A stretch of DNA of 64,000 bases. Source: Guillardia theta CCMP2712. Lineage: Eukaryota > Protista > Cryptophyta. The notes beneath the pieces are model-generated. The model was not told where the DNA came from. It ran no database searches and worked only from the letters and a program-made list of their open reading frames with translations. The DNA is taken from contig NW_005434603.1 of NCBI RefSeq assembly GCF_000315625.1, positions 62,001 to 126,000 on the forward strand, written 5' to 3'. Numbering within the stretch: position 1 is the first letter of the stretch; every line of letters begins with the position of its first letter. The translations under genes were made by a program, and so were the position numbers. Positions 62,103 to 64,000 of this stretch are shown here, one piece after another.

Positions 62103-64000
62103 AGAGTTGCTCATCCTGCTTCATCGGATGAAACTCGATGAGACAATCTCACATGCCGCACAGGGTCTGATCCTTCTTTACACGGAGTCTGTGCTGAGGA
62201 TCACGGTGAAGTCATGACTGACGATGGTACTGCTGGTCTATATGGAGAGATCCAGCGGCCCGAGAGCGTCGGGCAAGCGCGGCATGTGCACGGGCGGGAT
62301 AAGACGATGCTGTATGCGAGGATGGGCTGAGGTGCTGCAGGTGGGGGGAGGAGTGGTGGGACGAGGGCGCAAGGACGTGGAGGATGAAGTGCAAGGAGTG
62401 CGGGCAGGTCAAGAACTTCGATAAGCTCTGAGAGGCGGGGAGACGGGTCATGATTTGTGTTTACATGTATGTCCATGAGACGCCTGTATGCCATTGAGAT
62501 GAGGAGGGGAAACTCCTCCGAGCCGCAGAACAAGGGCGAGCTCGCTTGCGATGTTATCTTTACAACTCTAAGCTTGTCTTGACAAGAGACCGCTCTCACT
62601 CGTAGTCTCGTCTTACTACACGTGTTTGATCATCTCGTCAGCGTACCTCGCCGCTTCCAAGCATCCTCGTGCAGGAACGCGTGATTCCTCTCCTCTTCCA
62701 TCCTCACCGACTGAGCCTAGAGAGAGCGAGAGTGAGGTCAAGGCGGGGGGAGGGAGCAGCAGGTGGTAAGCAGTGCAACGGGAAGGAGAGAAAGGAGAAG
62801 AAGCGGGGGCATGCAAGGGCAAGAGAAAAGCAGCAAGCGATCCAAGGAAGCAGGGAAAGATCAAAGCTCCCCCTCTTGCCCAGCAAGAAACCAGGTCGCC
62901 TCCTCCTTTCTCCAGTCACTGCTGACGTGTGCCAAGGGCAGAGCCGGTGACTCAAAGCAAGCTCAGCAAAGTCGAGCTCGAAGCAAGATGCAAGGCTCAA
63001 GGGGAGGTCAAGAGGGGGAACAAAGCAAGGAGGAGCTCTTCTTCTTCAACCGATTGAGGTCGTTCAGCTGCCTGGTCACCACGGAGATCTGCCGGGAGTC
63101 GAGTTGAGAGACTCAGCGCAAGATATGGAGCTACCTGTCCAGACGTTGATCGTATCCTTGTATCGATCACAACAATACTTGTCTTTTTCCATCGCCTCTA
63201 GTGTACTGCTGTCATGCCTGCTACTGCTTCTGTCTTGTTGCTCTACCTGTTTGCTGCGATGCTACACACCAGTTGATTCATGAACTCGTCACAGAGGAAT
63301 ACTTGATGCGAATGCTCGAGATCCTACAGGAAAAGAAGAGGAGCCAGGAGCTCGCCGAAAACCTTCACCTCCCTTCTCCACTCCGACGGACCGGGCAAGA
63401 TTCCAACGAGGAGCAGGTGGAGATGAATGAGCAGTTTTCTATTGCTTTGCACGCACCTCCACAAGGTGTTGAGCATGAACTGCGAATGACGCATCGCCCG
63501 CTCTGCTGTGTTCCCGCCCACCTGACGCTGAGCTCCGACCAACCGCTCGCAAGTCTCTACAGCACGAAAGACACGCTGCTTGCACTGAGGCACCCTCCCC
63601 TCGTTGGCCTCGACCTGCCGTGCAAAGCAAACTCTCATCAAACAAGAGCGTTCTAGGATGAGAACGAGAACCAGCAACTGAGATGAAACGTGAAGAAGCG
63701 GGAGAGGAGGGAAACAAGGAGGAAGAAGAGGATACGTCAAGGGCAAGGAGGCACTCAGCGGCGGCAGCAGCCGAGGAGGAGGAGGAGGAGGAGGAGGAGG
63801 AGGAGGAGTGCAGCTCTATGTAAGAAACCATACCGATGCGATCCTGATCGACATGGAGATGTATGACTTGACATTCTCCACTCCATGTCTTCCACTGCCC
63901 TCGACAAGCCTTGCCTGTCAGTCATGAAAATGTCAAGCCAACGATATCGGTCTGGTACCAGACCATTCTCCGGACTCCTGCTCTTGCCCTGCTCGCCAAG
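62103..64000 (+). repeat. Direct segmental duplication, copy 2 (3' part of the minus-strand C2-family gene; runs off the window)
   Basis: Matches 56641-58357 and retains the extra 181 bp near 62500-62680. Confidence 0.95.

Overview
Eukaryotic nuclear DNA with short introns, many of them filled with microsatellites. The gene style suggests a cryptophyte alga (Guillardia/Hanusia-like; inference). Recognisable genes are NAT10/KRE33, an Elongin-B-like ubiquitin-fold gene, WD40, RING and ankyrin genes, an ADP-ribosyltransferase-ankyrin gene, an N-acylated cNMP-binding protein and a protein with an internal ubiquitin-like domain. Two accessory zones (about 13-19 kb and 54.5-64 kb) each hold a P-element-like transposase relic, a CRE-like non-LTR endonuclease relic and a putative PD-(D/E)XK nuclease plus coiled-coil gene. 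The most striking element is an intact ORF of 21 x 18-aa Cys/His zinc-binding repeats whose variation is concentrated at four positions (PRDM9/TALE-like). It lies head-to-head with one of the nuclease-like genes. Comparing paralogous copies also suggests a motif-biased micro-insertion and GC-enriching process that may build the GC-rich palindromic intergenic islands. There are four assembly gaps (2985-3084, 23495-23594, 41799-42696, 50552-50651). Exon structures were read by eye and family assignments are from motif recall, with no database searches.
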